This document shows, one piece after another, positions 10,583 through 20,283 of a stretch of 64,000 bases of DNA. The stretch lies in NCBI GenBank assembly GCA_049975265.1, contig JBNGDF010000002.1:1-64000 (forward strand), given 5' to 3'. Within the stretch, counting starts at the first letter, position 1; the number at the start of each line of letters is the position of its first letter. A model generated the notes under the pieces. It searched no databases, was not told the origin of the DNA, and worked only from the letters and a program-made list of their open reading frames with translations. A program made the translations under genes and the position numbers. The DNA is from Fidelibacterota bacterium. Lineage in GTDB: Bacteria > Fidelibacterota > UBA2242.

Positions 10583-12016
10583 ATGGAAAAGCATACCGAG
10601 CTGGAATTGATTAGACTGTTTGAAGCCTGGTCCGGTGAAAATGTCGAATCCACACAACTGCTGCCCCCCAGCGGTTCCTACCGGGAATACCTGCGAATCA
10701 AGGGCAGCCGCTGCAGCGCCATCGGCGCCTACAATCCCGATAAAAAAGAAAACCATGCCTTTATTGAATTTACCAAACACTTCCGGTCTTTGAATCTGAA
10801 TGTACCGGAATTGTATCTGGAAAATGCGGATGAAAACATCTACCTTATCGAGGATTTGGGCGATATCACGCTATTCTCGTTTATCAACCAGCACCGCGAT
10901 GGAAAAAATTACACCAACCGGATCGTCGATGCCTATAAAGCGGTCATCGAGCAGCTGCCGAAATTCCAGATCAAAGCCGGCAAAAATCTCGATTATTCCG
11001 TCTGCTATCCCCGCTCCAAATTCGACAAACAGTCGATGCTGTGGGACCTGAATTACTTCAAATACTATTTTCTGAAACTAGCCCGGGTTCCCTTCGACGA
11101 ACAGATGCTGGAAGAGGATTTTCAGACCTTTACAGACTACCTGCTGCAAACGGAAACCGACTACTTCCTTTACCGCGATTTTCAGTCGCGCAACATCATG
11201 TTGAAGGACAGAAAGCCCTACTTCATCGATTACCAGGGTGGTCGGCGCGGTGCCCTGCATTACGATCTGGCATCGCTGCTATACGACGCCAAAGCCAACA
11301 TGCCGGACTCCGTCCGTAAAATGCTGCTGGGTTACTATATCGTCACCGTTTCAAAATACACCCCGGTCGAACCTGAAAAATTCAGACAATATTTTTACGG
11401 CTATGTCCTTATTCGGATTATGCAGGCGATGGGCTCCTACGGCTTCCGGGGTTTTTATGAAAAAAAGGAACATTTCCTGCAAAGCATTCCCTATGCGCTG
11501 AACAATCTATCCTCGATTTTGAGCAGTGTTCAATTTCCCGTGAAAATCCCGGCGCTGCTGGACGCGCTAGAAAATGTCATCCAATCAAAACGCCTGAAAA
11601 GTATCAGCGCCGATCTGAAACCGCTGACCGTGACGATCAACAGCTTTTCCTACAAACGGGGCATACCCATCGACGTCTCCGGACACGGGGGCGGTTTCGT
11701 CTTCGACTGCCGGTCGATTCACAATCCGGGACGTTATGAAAAATATACGAACCTCACCGGCAAAGATGAGGAGGTTATCAAATTTCTGGATGCCGAACCC
11801 GATATTAAACTCTTTCTTAAAAATGTCTGTAGCCTTGTTGATCAGTCAGTGGATAAATACCTGCAGCGCAAATTCTCCAACCTCATGGTCAGTTTCGGCT
11901 GTACCGGCGGTCAGCACCGTTCGGTCTACTGTGCCGAAGCCCTCGCCAAACATCTGAAATCCAAATTCGATATCAAAATTGTCCTGCGACACCTCGAATT
12001 GGAAATGAAACAGTAA
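10583..12016 (+). CDS. AmgK-like sugar phosphotransferase (APH family) fused to a RapZ C-terminal domain
   Basis: SGSYREYLR, LYRDFQSRNIM, IDYQG, YDLASLL, then SFSYKRGIP..GGGFVFDCR..NPGR..FGCTGGQHRSVY. Confidence 0.85.
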   Translation: MEKHTELELIRLFEAWSGENVESTQLLPPSGSYREYLRIKGSRCSAIGAYNPDKKENHAFIEFTKHFRSLNLNVPELYLENADENIYLIEDLGDITLFSFINQHRDGKNYTNRIVDAYKAVIEQLPKFQIKAGKNLDYSVCYPRSKFDKQSMLWDLNYFKYYFLKLARVPFDEQMLEEDFQTFTDYLLQTETDYFLYRDFQSRNIMLKDRKPYFIDYQGGRRGALHYDLASLLYDAKANMPDSVRKMLLGYYIVTVSKYTPVEPEKFRQYFYGYVLIRIMQAMGSYGFRGFYEKKEHFLQSIPYALNNLSSILSSVQFPVKIPALLDALENVIQSKRLKSISADLKPLTVTINSFSYKRGIPIDVSGHGGGFVFDCRSIHNPGRYEKYTNLTGKDEEVIKFLDAEPDIKLFLKNVCSLVDQSVDKYLQRKFSNLMVSFGCTGGQHRSVYCAEALAKHLKSKFDIKIVLRHLELEMKQ

Positions 12017-12031
12017 TCCCGGACCTTCGTC

Positions 12032-12766
12032 ATGATTACCATGAAAGCCATGATTTTCGCCGCCGGTCTGGGCACCCGCCTGAAACCCTATACCGACAAC
12101 CGCCCGAAAGCACTGGTGGAAATTGGCGGCGAACCGATCCTGAAACATGTTTTGCTGCGCCTAAAATCCTTCGGCTTCAGGGAAATTGTAATCAATGTTC
12201 ACCATTTTGCGGATCAATTAATCGATTATCTGAATACCCATCCATTCAGGGACATGAAAATTCACATCTCCGACGAGAGCGACTGTCTGCTGAACACCGG
12301 CGGCGCTTTGAAAAAAGCCGCTCCGCTGCTGACCGGTAAAAATCCCATCCTGTTGCACAATGTCGATGTCCTTTCCACTATTCCAATCCAGTCCATGCTT
12401 ATCGAACACATTACTTCGGGCGCTCTGGCGACTCTGGCAGTCAGCCGGCGCGAGAGTTCCCGCAAACTGATCTTTGACAGCAAAAATCAGATGCAGGGCT
12501 GGAAAAACCTGGAAACCGGTGAAATCCGCGGCAAAATACCGAAATCCAAAAATATGCAGGAGCTGGCGTTCAGTGGATTACATATCATCGATCCGGTTCT
12601 GCTGCAGATGCTGCCGACTGCCAGGATTTTCTCCATTATCGATCTCTATCTGACCCATTGCGCAAAATATCCCATCCATGCGTTTGAGCACGATGCCTCG
12701 GATTTTCTGGATATCGGCAAACCCGAGCAGCTGGCAAAGGCAGAAAAGTTTCTCAGTCGATCGTAA
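12032..12766 (+). CDS. Nucleotidyltransferase (MurU-like)
   Basis: KAMIFAAGLGTRLKPYTDNRPKAL, LLNTGGAL, DIGKPE; directly after the AmgK-like kinase. Confidence 0.85.
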   Translation: MITMKAMIFAAGLGTRLKPYTDNRPKALVEIGGEPILKHVLLRLKSFGFREIVINVHHFADQLIDYLNTHPFRDMKIHISDESDCLLNTGGALKKAAPLLTGKNPILLHNVDVLSTIPIQSMLIEHITSGALATLAVSRRESSRKLIFDSKNQMQGWKNLETGEIRGKIPKSKNMQELAFSGLHIIDPVLLQMLPTARIFSIIDLYLTHCAKYPIHAFEHDASDFLDIGKPEQLAKAEKFLSRS

Positions 12767-12827
12767 TTTCGGATAACTTATCTGTTGTAGTGAAATTGAA
12801 TCGAGGTTTGAAATGAAAGGAGAAAAC

Positions 12828-12914
12828 ATGAAAAAGCGATTCTTTATTGTAATTGTCCTGACATTATTCACTTTCAGTCTGAGTTATGGTTTTGGATTAC
12901 GATACAATTTTTAG
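12828..12914 (+). CDS. 28-aa small ORF (signal peptide + FGLRYNF); mini-protein or internally deleted OMP remnant
   Basis: AAAGGAGA RBS, ATG, MKKRFFIVIVLTLFTFSLSYGFGLRYNF*, then a hairpin. Below the ORF-track cutoff; translated by hand. Confidence 0.55.
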   Translation: MKKRFFIVIVLTLFTFSLSYGFGLRYNF

Positions 12915-12934
12915 TCATTCAGAATTATACCAGA

Positions 12935-12967
12935 AACGGTCAGAGGATTTTGATCCTGCTGACCGTT
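12935..12967. terminator. Hairpin between convergent genes
   Basis: AACGGTCAG-AGGAT-TTTG-ATCCT-G-CTGACCGTT inverted repeat. Confidence 0.55.
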
Positions 12968-12990
12968 GTTATTACTTCAGCGACCCGGTG

Positions 12991-14229
12991 TTACGTCAGC
13001 AAATCCACTGCGCAGAGACAGGTCAGCAACGCAAAATCCACCAGTTGCTGAATCTCCACGTACTCGTTAGCGACGTGAAAAGCCTCATCATCGCCGGGTC
13101 CCCAGCCGACAGCGACAACGCCACTCAGATTCAGGGTCTTTGCAAAAGTGCCACCGCCCTGCCCAATCGGTTCCGGTACAAAGCCTAAAACCTCCCTGGT
13201 ATTCTTTTGAATGGCGTCTACCAGTTCATTCTTCGGGTCAATGGCATGGGGTTCGTTCCAGGACATGACCTGAATTTCGAATTTGCCGCCTTCAACCCTA
13301 TCGGCGCACTGCTGCAATTTGGCAATGATGCCATCTTTTGTCATACCGGGCACGGAACGGATATCGATATAAATCACGCAGGTGCCGGGAACAATATTCG
13401 GCGCCGCACCACCATGGATTTCACCCAGATTCAGGGAGGGCTGACCCAGTACCGGATGAACTTCGTAGTCAAATTTCAATTTTTCGATTTCAGTCACCAG
13501 TTTTGCCATCATGTAAACGGCATTAATCCCCCGCTCCGGTGTGGAACCGTGAGCCTGTTTTCCAATTGCGGTAATTTTAAAAACCGTGCGACCTTTCTCG
13601 GCGATATCGATGGATTTCATATTTTCGCCAATATCCGGGACAATGGCATAGGTCGGTGCAATCAGTTTTTCTTCCAGAAGATATCCAATTCCATAATCAA
13701 TTCCATCTGGATCTTCCGCCTCTTCATCGGATAAAGCAGAAATCATTAACTGACCGTCAAGTTCTTTTTCAATGCCCGATTTCTTCAAAACCTCAATCGC
13801 AGCCAGAATCGAAGCCAGCGGTCCCTTGTTATCCAATGTTCCCCGTCCGATCAGCATACCCTCTTTTTCAATTACTTCAAAAGGATCCGTGTCCCACCCT
13901 TCTCCGGCAGGTACAATATCCATATGCGCCGGCATCAGGAGGCGTTTGCCATTTTTATCCCGACCAATTTTTCCGATGACATTCGGACGCCCTTCCATTC
14001 GGGAAAATTCCTCATACGCCACACCCATCTGATCCAATTCACGCTTGACGATTTTTGCTACGCGCCACTCTTCACCCCGAATTTTTAGATAGGGATGCTC
14101 CGGCAGCTTTTCCGAGACCACATTGACAGTCTTTTCCCGACACATCTCCGTGGTTAGATCGACAATCCTCCGGCGAATCTCATCAGAATGCGCCTGAAAA
14201 TACTGCTTCAGACTTGCTTTTGAGTCCAT
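12991..14229 (-). CDS. M20 metallohydrolase, ArgE/DapE family
   Basis: HMDIVP, GRGTLDNKG, SDEE, HGS, NLGEIHGG..NIVP, FHVANEY. Confidence 0.88.
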   Translation of the reverse strand: MDSKASLKQYFQAHSDEIRRRIVDLTTEMCREKTVNVVSEKLPEHPYLKIRGEEWRVAKIVKRELDQMGVAYEEFSRMEGRPNVIGKIGRDKNGKRLLMPAHMDIVPAGEGWDTDPFEVIEKEGMLIGRGTLDNKGPLASILAAIEVLKKSGIEKELDGQLMISALSDEEAEDPDGIDYGIGYLLEEKLIAPTYAIVPDIGENMKSIDIAEKGRTVFKITAIGKQAHGSTPERGINAVYMMAKLVTEIEKLKFDYEVHPVLGQPSLNLGEIHGGAAPNIVPGTCVIYIDIRSVPGMTKDGIIAKLQQCADRVEGGKFEIQVMSWNEPHAIDPKNELVDAIQKNTREVLGFVPEPIGQGGGTFAKTLNLSGVVAVGWGPGDDEAFHVANEYVEIQQLVDFALLTCLCAVDLLT

Positions 14230-14381
14230 TTTTTCTCCTTTATATATTGATTTGACATCGTTGCGAGAAGTTAACAGATTCTAAACCGTAATTCAATGAT
14301 GTTCAATTAATTTCCACACCAATTACACATTTTCGCTAAATTTGGTTTGTGTAAATAATGCTTTATTAAAGGAGAAACAGC

Positions 14382-15695
14382 GTGAAATCCAAACTCATTC
14401 TGTGCGTTGGGTTTTTCTTGATTACCCTTAACCAGTGTTCGATAACCATTGGTAATAGTGATCTGAATGTCGTCCCTGCCGAGACAGACCGAATTACGTC
14501 GCTGCTACCTGCCCCCGAAGTTTACCACAATTTCTGGGATGCCGTGAAGCATTTTGATTTTGATTATATCAACCGCCATGAGGTCACTGAGGTCGAACGG
14601 ACTTTCGTCCGCGGTTTGCAAGCGATGATCGCCGGCGATTTTGAGGAAGCTGAAAAACTGTACTGGGATATCTTCACCGACAGCCGTGACAGTCTGTTAC
14701 AGAAACAGTGCGCCATTGTGCTGCAGGCACTACTGAATTATGCTTATAAATGGGACGAACTCGTGGAATTGGATCGTCAATTGCCTGGCGGACTGGACGA
14801 AGAGAATAGTGTGGCTTTTGCCCGTGCGTTTCAGTCGGTCCCGCCGGAGCGGATTACTTTTCCCGATAAACCGGTGGTTCTGCCGACAGACCTTAGTATC
14901 AGCGGCGTCCCGATTATCGAGGTAACTGTCAACGGGCGAAAACAGAAATTCTGGATCGATACCGGTGCTGAAATGACCGTTTTAGCCTCGGATGTCGCCC
15001 GGAAATGCGGGATCACCGAATTTCGACGGGATATCGCTACACTGGGCACCGCGACCGAGATAATGGTAGAGTCCTGGCCGGGTGTAATTCAAAAACTGAA
15101 AATCGGCGAATTGACCATAGAACATCACCCGGCAATTGTCATTGATAAAAAAGACCTGGAAGTCCGCCTGTTTAAACTGATCAAACTGATCAAGATCGAC
15201 GGCATTCTGGGCTGGAATGCGATTATGCAGCTGCAGCTGGAAATCGATTATCAAAACGGCTTGACGACGATTCAAAAACCTGTCACCAATCCCTCGTCGA
15301 GACCCAATTTTCACTTTGCCGGAGTACCTTTCGTGAATCTCAGCGACACCAGTGGGACACCGTTCCATTTCTTTCTGGATACCGGCGCCAACCGCACCGG
15401 ACTCTATGAACCGGCGCTGAGCAAGGTTGACACCCTTGAATCAATTCGAAAAACCGCTCTTGTCGGCGGGGCGGGCGGCACCCAGAAAATCGAACATATC
15501 CAATTGCCGCATCAGTCGTTTTTACTCGGTCGCCATCAATTGAATTTTAAGAACATCGGTATTCAGGGAGACGGTGAACACTATTTTTTCCATTATGATG
15601 GTGTTATCGGGAGTGATATTGCCCGGTTCGGAACGCTGATTCTCGATTTTAAAAACGGACGCTGTGAACTGAAATTTTCTGAAGAGAAACCCTGA
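14382..15695 (+). CDS. Putative lipoprotein with two retropepsin-like aspartyl protease domains
   Basis: Lipobox-like TLNQC; FWIDTGA..DGILG and FFLDTGA..DGVIG; GTG start with GGAG RBS. Confidence 0.8.
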   Translation: MKSKLILCVGFFLITLNQCSITIGNSDLNVVPAETDRITSLLPAPEVYHNFWDAVKHFDFDYINRHEVTEVERTFVRGLQAMIAGDFEEAEKLYWDIFTDSRDSLLQKQCAIVLQALLNYAYKWDELVELDRQLPGGLDEENSVAFARAFQSVPPERITFPDKPVVLPTDLSISGVPIIEVTVNGRKQKFWIDTGAEMTVLASDVARKCGITEFRRDIATLGTATEIMVESWPGVIQKLKIGELTIEHHPAIVIDKKDLEVRLFKLIKLIKIDGILGWNAIMQLQLEIDYQNGLTTIQKPVTNPSSRPNFHFAGVPFVNLSDTSGTPFHFFLDTGANRTGLYEPALSKVDTLESIRKTALVGGAGGTQKIEHIQLPHQSFLLGRHQLNFKNIGIQGDGEHYFFHYDGVIGSDIARFGTLILDFKNGRCELKFSEEKP

Positions 15696-15716
15696 GCCCC
15701 GAATGTAAGGCGGCAT

Positions 15717-16952
15717 TTACCAGTCCAGCAGGCGCCGTTCACCCTCCAGTTTCTGAATCTCCGAAATTTCCTGCGAAACCTCCAGAACACCGCGGTATTT
15801 GCCGTTTTCATCATAGACCGGGAAATAGCGGATATAGACAAATTTACCACCCATTTTGATCCAAAAATCCGCCACCGTCTTGGTCTTATTCTTGAAACTC
15901 TCGACTATTTTCTCAACGATATGGACGCTTTTCGGCGGGTGGCAATTCTGTACTTCCCGACCAATGATACCCGGACTGCGCGGAAAGATCCGCTCGGCGG
16001 TGTCGGAGTAGTAGCACACCTTGTCGTTTTCATCCACAAAGGTCACGTCAAAAGGTAGATGTTTCAGCATCAGATTAATCTGTTCGGCGGTCAGTTCGCC
16101 GGTGTCTAATTGTATGGCTTCGGACATCTTTTTTCCCTCCTGATTGATTTCAACCGATTCGATCCGTTCCGCCATACCCTGGGTGGCGGCAAGACCGGCA
16201 TCCCAGAGATTCGAGGGTGTGATCCAGGCATACCCGACTTCCGGTTCGCCGCGCTTGATGCGTGCCCATTCGGCATCGCTCAGTTTCCGCAGGGCGGTGC
16301 GAAAGAGAATCCGCTCTTCGAGAAAAATCAGTTTCTTAATCGCCGATGCAAGGGTCTTGAATTCTCTGTACAGCGCGTCCCAATCTTCGGCGGTAAAAAA
16401 GGCGTCTATCTGCCGGATATAGCCGCGGATTTCATCATGCTTACCCCACATAACCTTAGTGGGTCCCGTAAAATTTTGCGCCTCCAGTGCCGGAAAGAGC
16501 TGATTCTCCTTGCGGACAAAATGCTTGTCGATCTCTTTAAAACGTCTGAAGACCTGTCCGAAATCCTGCCGGAGCGCCTCGTCGGGTTTGCCGCGCCGGA
16601 TGCGCTTTAACAGGCGACGCAGATGTTTCAACTGCTTTTTCGCCTCTTTATTCTCCAGCAGATAACTGTGCACCGGATGACCCGGAACCTTGCCGGCTTT
16701 GCCGATTTTTTTTAGAGATTCCTCGAACACCGAGGCATGCACATCACACAGACGCTGGACCTCTTCAACGGGAAACCCTTCATTGATCAGGGCAGTCTCC
16801 ATTTCGGCGATCTCTTCCGCCGATGTATTGCGAATAATTGCATGGAATTCCTTCTTCAGTTTACCCACCGGAACACCGCGGTGAAGTTCACGGATGATAT
16901 GTTTCAGAGATTCCTGTTTCTGTTGGGATTGATTATTAATGATCTCACTCAT
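15717..16952 (-). CDS. DUF438 / hemerythrin-like / PAS domain protein
   Basis: EIAEMETAL..EVQRLCDVHA, GHPVH..EN, HF.RKENQLFP..VMWGKHDEIR, LPFDVTFVD..GREVQNCHPPKS. Confidence 0.88.
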   Translation of the reverse strand: MSEIINNQSQQKQESLKHIIRELHRGVPVGKLKKEFHAIIRNTSAEEIAEMETALINEGFPVEEVQRLCDVHASVFEESLKKIGKAGKVPGHPVHSYLLENKEAKKQLKHLRRLLKRIRRGKPDEALRQDFGQVFRRFKEIDKHFVRKENQLFPALEAQNFTGPTKVMWGKHDEIRGYIRQIDAFFTAEDWDALYREFKTLASAIKKLIFLEERILFRTALRKLSDAEWARIKRGEPEVGYAWITPSNLWDAGLAATQGMAERIESVEINQEGKKMSEAIQLDTGELTAEQINLMLKHLPFDVTFVDENDKVCYYSDTAERIFPRSPGIIGREVQNCHPPKSVHIVEKIVESFKNKTKTVADFWIKMGGKFVYIRYFPVYDENGKYRGVLEVSQEISEIQKLEGERRLLDW

Positions 16953-17041
16953 GGGTACCTCCCTTTTATTTCAACGTATAAATGTGTTTAAAAATCAGCG
17001 AAATAGCAATTAATTATCCGCCTTAAAGTCATTAGACAGCG

Positions 17042-17785
17042 CTACTCCCAGACGGTTTCAGCCCGGCAGATTTCACGCCGGTCATTTATTTGAAAGACCG
17101 CATGCCGGAATTCTGTTGCGGATATCTGCTCGGTTTTAACGACAATTTCGTGTTGATACAATGCCTCAGCCAGAAAGTTAATTGCCAGGCTGCGAAGCCG
17201 GCGTTCTCTGAAAATCCCAAGATCAAAGGATTCAAATATCCAGTCAATATAGCGGCTGTTGGTGACATGTTCGTTGACATCCAGGTCCTGATAACCGACA
17301 ACTGTTCGCCATTCGGAATCAGCCCGTTTCAACGCCTCGATCTTGTGCGGGCGCCCTGGAAAAAGCCGTTGATCGAGCTCAGCCAGCCCGTTTTCAAAAG
17401 CCGACTGCAGGGGAACCGGCTTGCGGGTAACCAAATCAATCACACACCAGGAGCTCGTCGCCCGCCCCAGTTCCTTCCCGCCCTGGTCAAAAATCTGAAA
17501 ATCGCGAAAGGCAAATAGACCCTCCTGTCCCGACGGCCAGGTGGCGATCCGGATCGTCTCGTTCCAGCCCGGTAACGGCTCAAGAGTAATCAGCATGCGG
17601 GTCAGAACCCACGCAAAATTCCCTTGGATCAGCCGGCTGAATCCAAAGCCTAACTGCTCCGCATTTTTCCAGGCGGATTCCTGCATGTATCGATTTAAGC
17701 ATGAAAAACGCAGCTTTGTGGTAAAGTCGGTTTCGTACGAGTGAATATAGTAGTCATCTACTCGTTCCAGCGTCATACCCGTCAA
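17042..17785 (-). CDS. Acyl-ACP thioesterase (FatA/FatB type)
   Basis: SYETD, WVLTRM, TW..AFRDF, DLDVNEHVTNSRY; TTG start after GGAGG. Confidence 0.88.
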   Translation of the reverse strand: MTGMTLERVDDYYIHSYETDFTTKLRFSCLNRYMQESAWKNAEQLGFGFSRLIQGNFAWVLTRMLITLEPLPGWNETIRIATWPSGQEGLFAFRDFQIFDQGGKELGRATSSWCVIDLVTRKPVPLQSAFENGLAELDQRLFPGRPHKIEALKRADSEWRTVVGYQDLDVNEHVTNSRYIDWIFESFDLGIFRERRLRSLAINFLAEALYQHEIVVKTEQISATEFRHAVFQINDRREICRAETVWE

Positions 17786-17860
17786 ATGTTACCTCCTTTT
17801 CGTTCATTTTTTTTTACCAATCCTGAGCATAACATATTTTAAAAGAAATTCAAAGAACAG

Positions 17861-19711
17861 TTAATGCCCTTTGAGCCAGAAATAGGCACCGGCGATCATA
17901 CTGATCTCGCGGTTCATTCCGAGAGGATGATACTGCAGCGTCCCGTTGCTTATATTTTGAATCACCACCCGTATCAACAGGCGCCGTTGCCAGCACCATT
18001 TATTGAAACCGGATTCGAACCAGACTCGCGCCGGAAGTATCGAGGCAGCACAAAATTCCGCATTCTCAGTCAAATCCCACTGCTCTGCGCTTTGACAGAC
18101 ACCATTCAGAAACAGAGAGAAATTCTGATCCGGTTGGAAAGTCAGACGAGAGACCGCCTTGATTATCGGTTTTTCGTTGAAGCGATCGTTATTCGCCATT
18201 CCGAAATTTGCGGAAACAGTGCCGTTTACCCGTCTGTCCGGCGGTGTGGTCAGGCAAATCAGCAGACCGCCGTACACATGATCGTTCCAGTCCGCTGACG
18301 GTGACGATTCACGCCCCCACCACCCGTTCGTATTGACATTCAGATACATATTCAGGTCCGCGGAAAGTCCGGTAAATAGGTCTGCCCGCAGACCGATACT
18401 GCCCGAATAGATCGAATAATATTTAGGGTAAGCGGACAATGAAATTTCATATTCTTCAACGATCTGCTTTCCCGGACCGTTCCAGAATTGAAAATAGGGA
18501 TTCAGATTCAGATGTCGCTGAGCCATGGACAGGTGGCTGTAGAGAATGTTATCCCTCCAGATGCTCCGACTGTTCTGAATCGCCAGACTGGTCGCCAGCC
18601 TGTTTTGAAAATAGACCAGCGATGCCACTATTTTCCCTCCTCCGGAAGGGCGATCCAGTCTGAGTTCTCCGTTAATTTGCTGGCAGAGAAAATCGTAGTC
18701 AGAGTAGTCATCGCTCAGATCGAAGCGATCACTGGTTAACTGGCAGGTAAGCCGCAGCAGATTGGAATTCGTCACAACCGTTTCGGCTTTTAAATCGAGG
18801 GAGTGGTGAATATAGGGTGGCAGCGACTGAAAGGCGTCGGCAGTGCGGCGGACATCGTTGCGGTTATAGTCCAGATACCAACGGAAATTATCTTTTCGGA
18901 TACCGCTGTAGCTGCTCTGGAAATAGTCATACCGGACAGGAAACTCCTGACGAAATATATCCATAAATAAAAAGGTCGGCTCATTCGTACTCCATGCCGA
19001 TAAAAAGGAATGCCGCCAACGCCGACCATCACACCGGAAATCAAGAGAGCCGGCGATTTTACCGGTACCCAACCAATCTTTCGTCGTTGTTCGAATCCGC
19101 TCGCAGACCGCCGTATCGGTAAAGGTGTGCTGCTGAAGATAGAGAGCCAGACGCACCCAGCCGGATTGAAAACCGTATTCAAGCACACTGCTGTTGTCAT
19201 GACCGATTTTATCGACATTGGGTGAATGATACTCCGTGTATTTATACGGACCCGGATCACCGGATTCATTTGCCAGTAAAATACTTCCGGCGGCATTGAA
19301 TCCCTGACGGGGTTTCCTGGTGCCGATCCGGATGGCACCAGCATCGGCGTAGTTCCCGCTAATCAGTTGCGGGCTGCCGATAATGTCAATAGAATCGACG
19401 GACAGCCAGGCAACAGACGCTTGATTCAAAAACATTTCTCCGTAAATCAGCGGTTTGATCCGATAATCGTCCAAATATAACCTCCAGCCGTTCAGGCGGT
19501 AGTCGCCCGGATTGTGGATGCTTACCCGCCAGTGGTAAAAATCGGTACTTGCAACATTCAGTATCGACGAATACTGGAAAATATCCGCATAATGCAAAGC
19601 GGACGAATTCAGATGTTCTTGTAATGAAATCGTCTCGTTCAGAGCCTGCCCGTAAGCGACGGAAAACAGCATCACAATCAGTAATAACCGGTTTTTTCGG
19701 ACCGCGGTCAC
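17861..19711 (-). CDS. TonB-dependent receptor-like outer-membrane protein (divergent)
   Basis: Signal peptide, plug-like VDSIDIIGSP..GAIRIGTRKP, VIQNISN near the C-terminus, aromatic-rich strands. Confidence 0.55.
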   Translation of the reverse strand: MTAVRKNRLLLIVMLFSVAYGQALNETISLQEHLNSSALHYADIFQYSSILNVASTDFYHWRVSIHNPGDYRLNGWRLYLDDYRIKPLIYGEMFLNQASVAWLSVDSIDIIGSPQLISGNYADAGAIRIGTRKPRQGFNAAGSILLANESGDPGPYKYTEYHSPNVDKIGHDNSSVLEYGFQSGWVRLALYLQQHTFTDTAVCERIRTTTKDWLGTGKIAGSLDFRCDGRRWRHSFLSAWSTNEPTFLFMDIFRQEFPVRYDYFQSSYSGIRKDNFRWYLDYNRNDVRRTADAFQSLPPYIHHSLDLKAETVVTNSNLLRLTCQLTSDRFDLSDDYSDYDFLCQQINGELRLDRPSGGGKIVASLVYFQNRLATSLAIQNSRSIWRDNILYSHLSMAQRHLNLNPYFQFWNGPGKQIVEEYEISLSAYPKYYSIYSGSIGLRADLFTGLSADLNMYLNVNTNGWWGRESSPSADWNDHVYGGLLICLTTPPDRRVNGTVSANFGMANNDRFNEKPIIKAVSRLTFQPDQNFSLFLNGVCQSAEQWDLTENAEFCAASILPARVWFESGFNKWCWQRRLLIRVVIQNISNGTLQYHPLGMNREISMIAGAYFWLKGH

Positions 19712-20283
19712 TTTAGGAAATTCCTTAGCCAGTGCGGCGTATTCATTCTGAATCCCAACATCAGCCCGTAGCTGGTCATCACAATCGGATGATGAGTGAA
19801 TATTTTTTCATGCGAAAAACCGAGTCGAACCACGAGATTGCGCTTCAACAAGACGGTCAAGCCGGCTCTCAGACCAAGCGTCAGCTCGCTTTCGTAACGC
19901 AGACGCTCGTTCTCCTCCGAACCGAACCGAAACAGGGTGTTGCCGACGGAAACTCCGCAACTGCCGGATATGTTTCGGGACAGAGCCAGCTCCGTAAGAA
20001 ATGCCAGATAGCAATACATCTGCTGAAATTCCACCGCCTGGAACTCCTCATAGGAGCGCAGTTCTACACCCAGCTCCGCTGTACCAAAATAAAAAGGCGT
20101 CCGTGCATTCAGACCCAGACCGCCCGCATAACGCCAGTATTGTCCTAATTCAATATGCCCAATCTCGAACAGCGGTCCGGCAGCCCATTCGATCACCGAA
20201 AACGATTCGGATTGAAGGCTCATTCCCCACAGTTCTGCTGTAAGGAACATAATTACGATGCAGAACGAATGACTGTTTTTCAC
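19708..20283 (-). CDS. Small outer-membrane beta-barrel-like hypothetical protein
   Basis: Signal-like N-terminus and alternating strands; 4-nt overlap with the next gene. Confidence 0.6.
   Translation of the reverse strand: MKNSHSFCIVIMFLTAELWGMSLQSESFSVIEWAAGPLFEIGHIELGQYWRYAGGLGLNARTPFYFGTAELGVELRSYEEFQAVEFQQMYCYLAFLTELALSRNISGSCGVSVGNTLFRFGSEENERLRYESELTLGLRAGLTVLLKRNLVVRLGFSHEKIFTHHPIVMTSYGLMLGFRMNTPHWLRNFLK

Noticed and set aside
12886..13188. 100-aa plus-strand ORF in the track
   Set aside because: Mostly antisense to the M20 gene and runs through the hairpin; the RBS-led 28-codon ORF is better supported.
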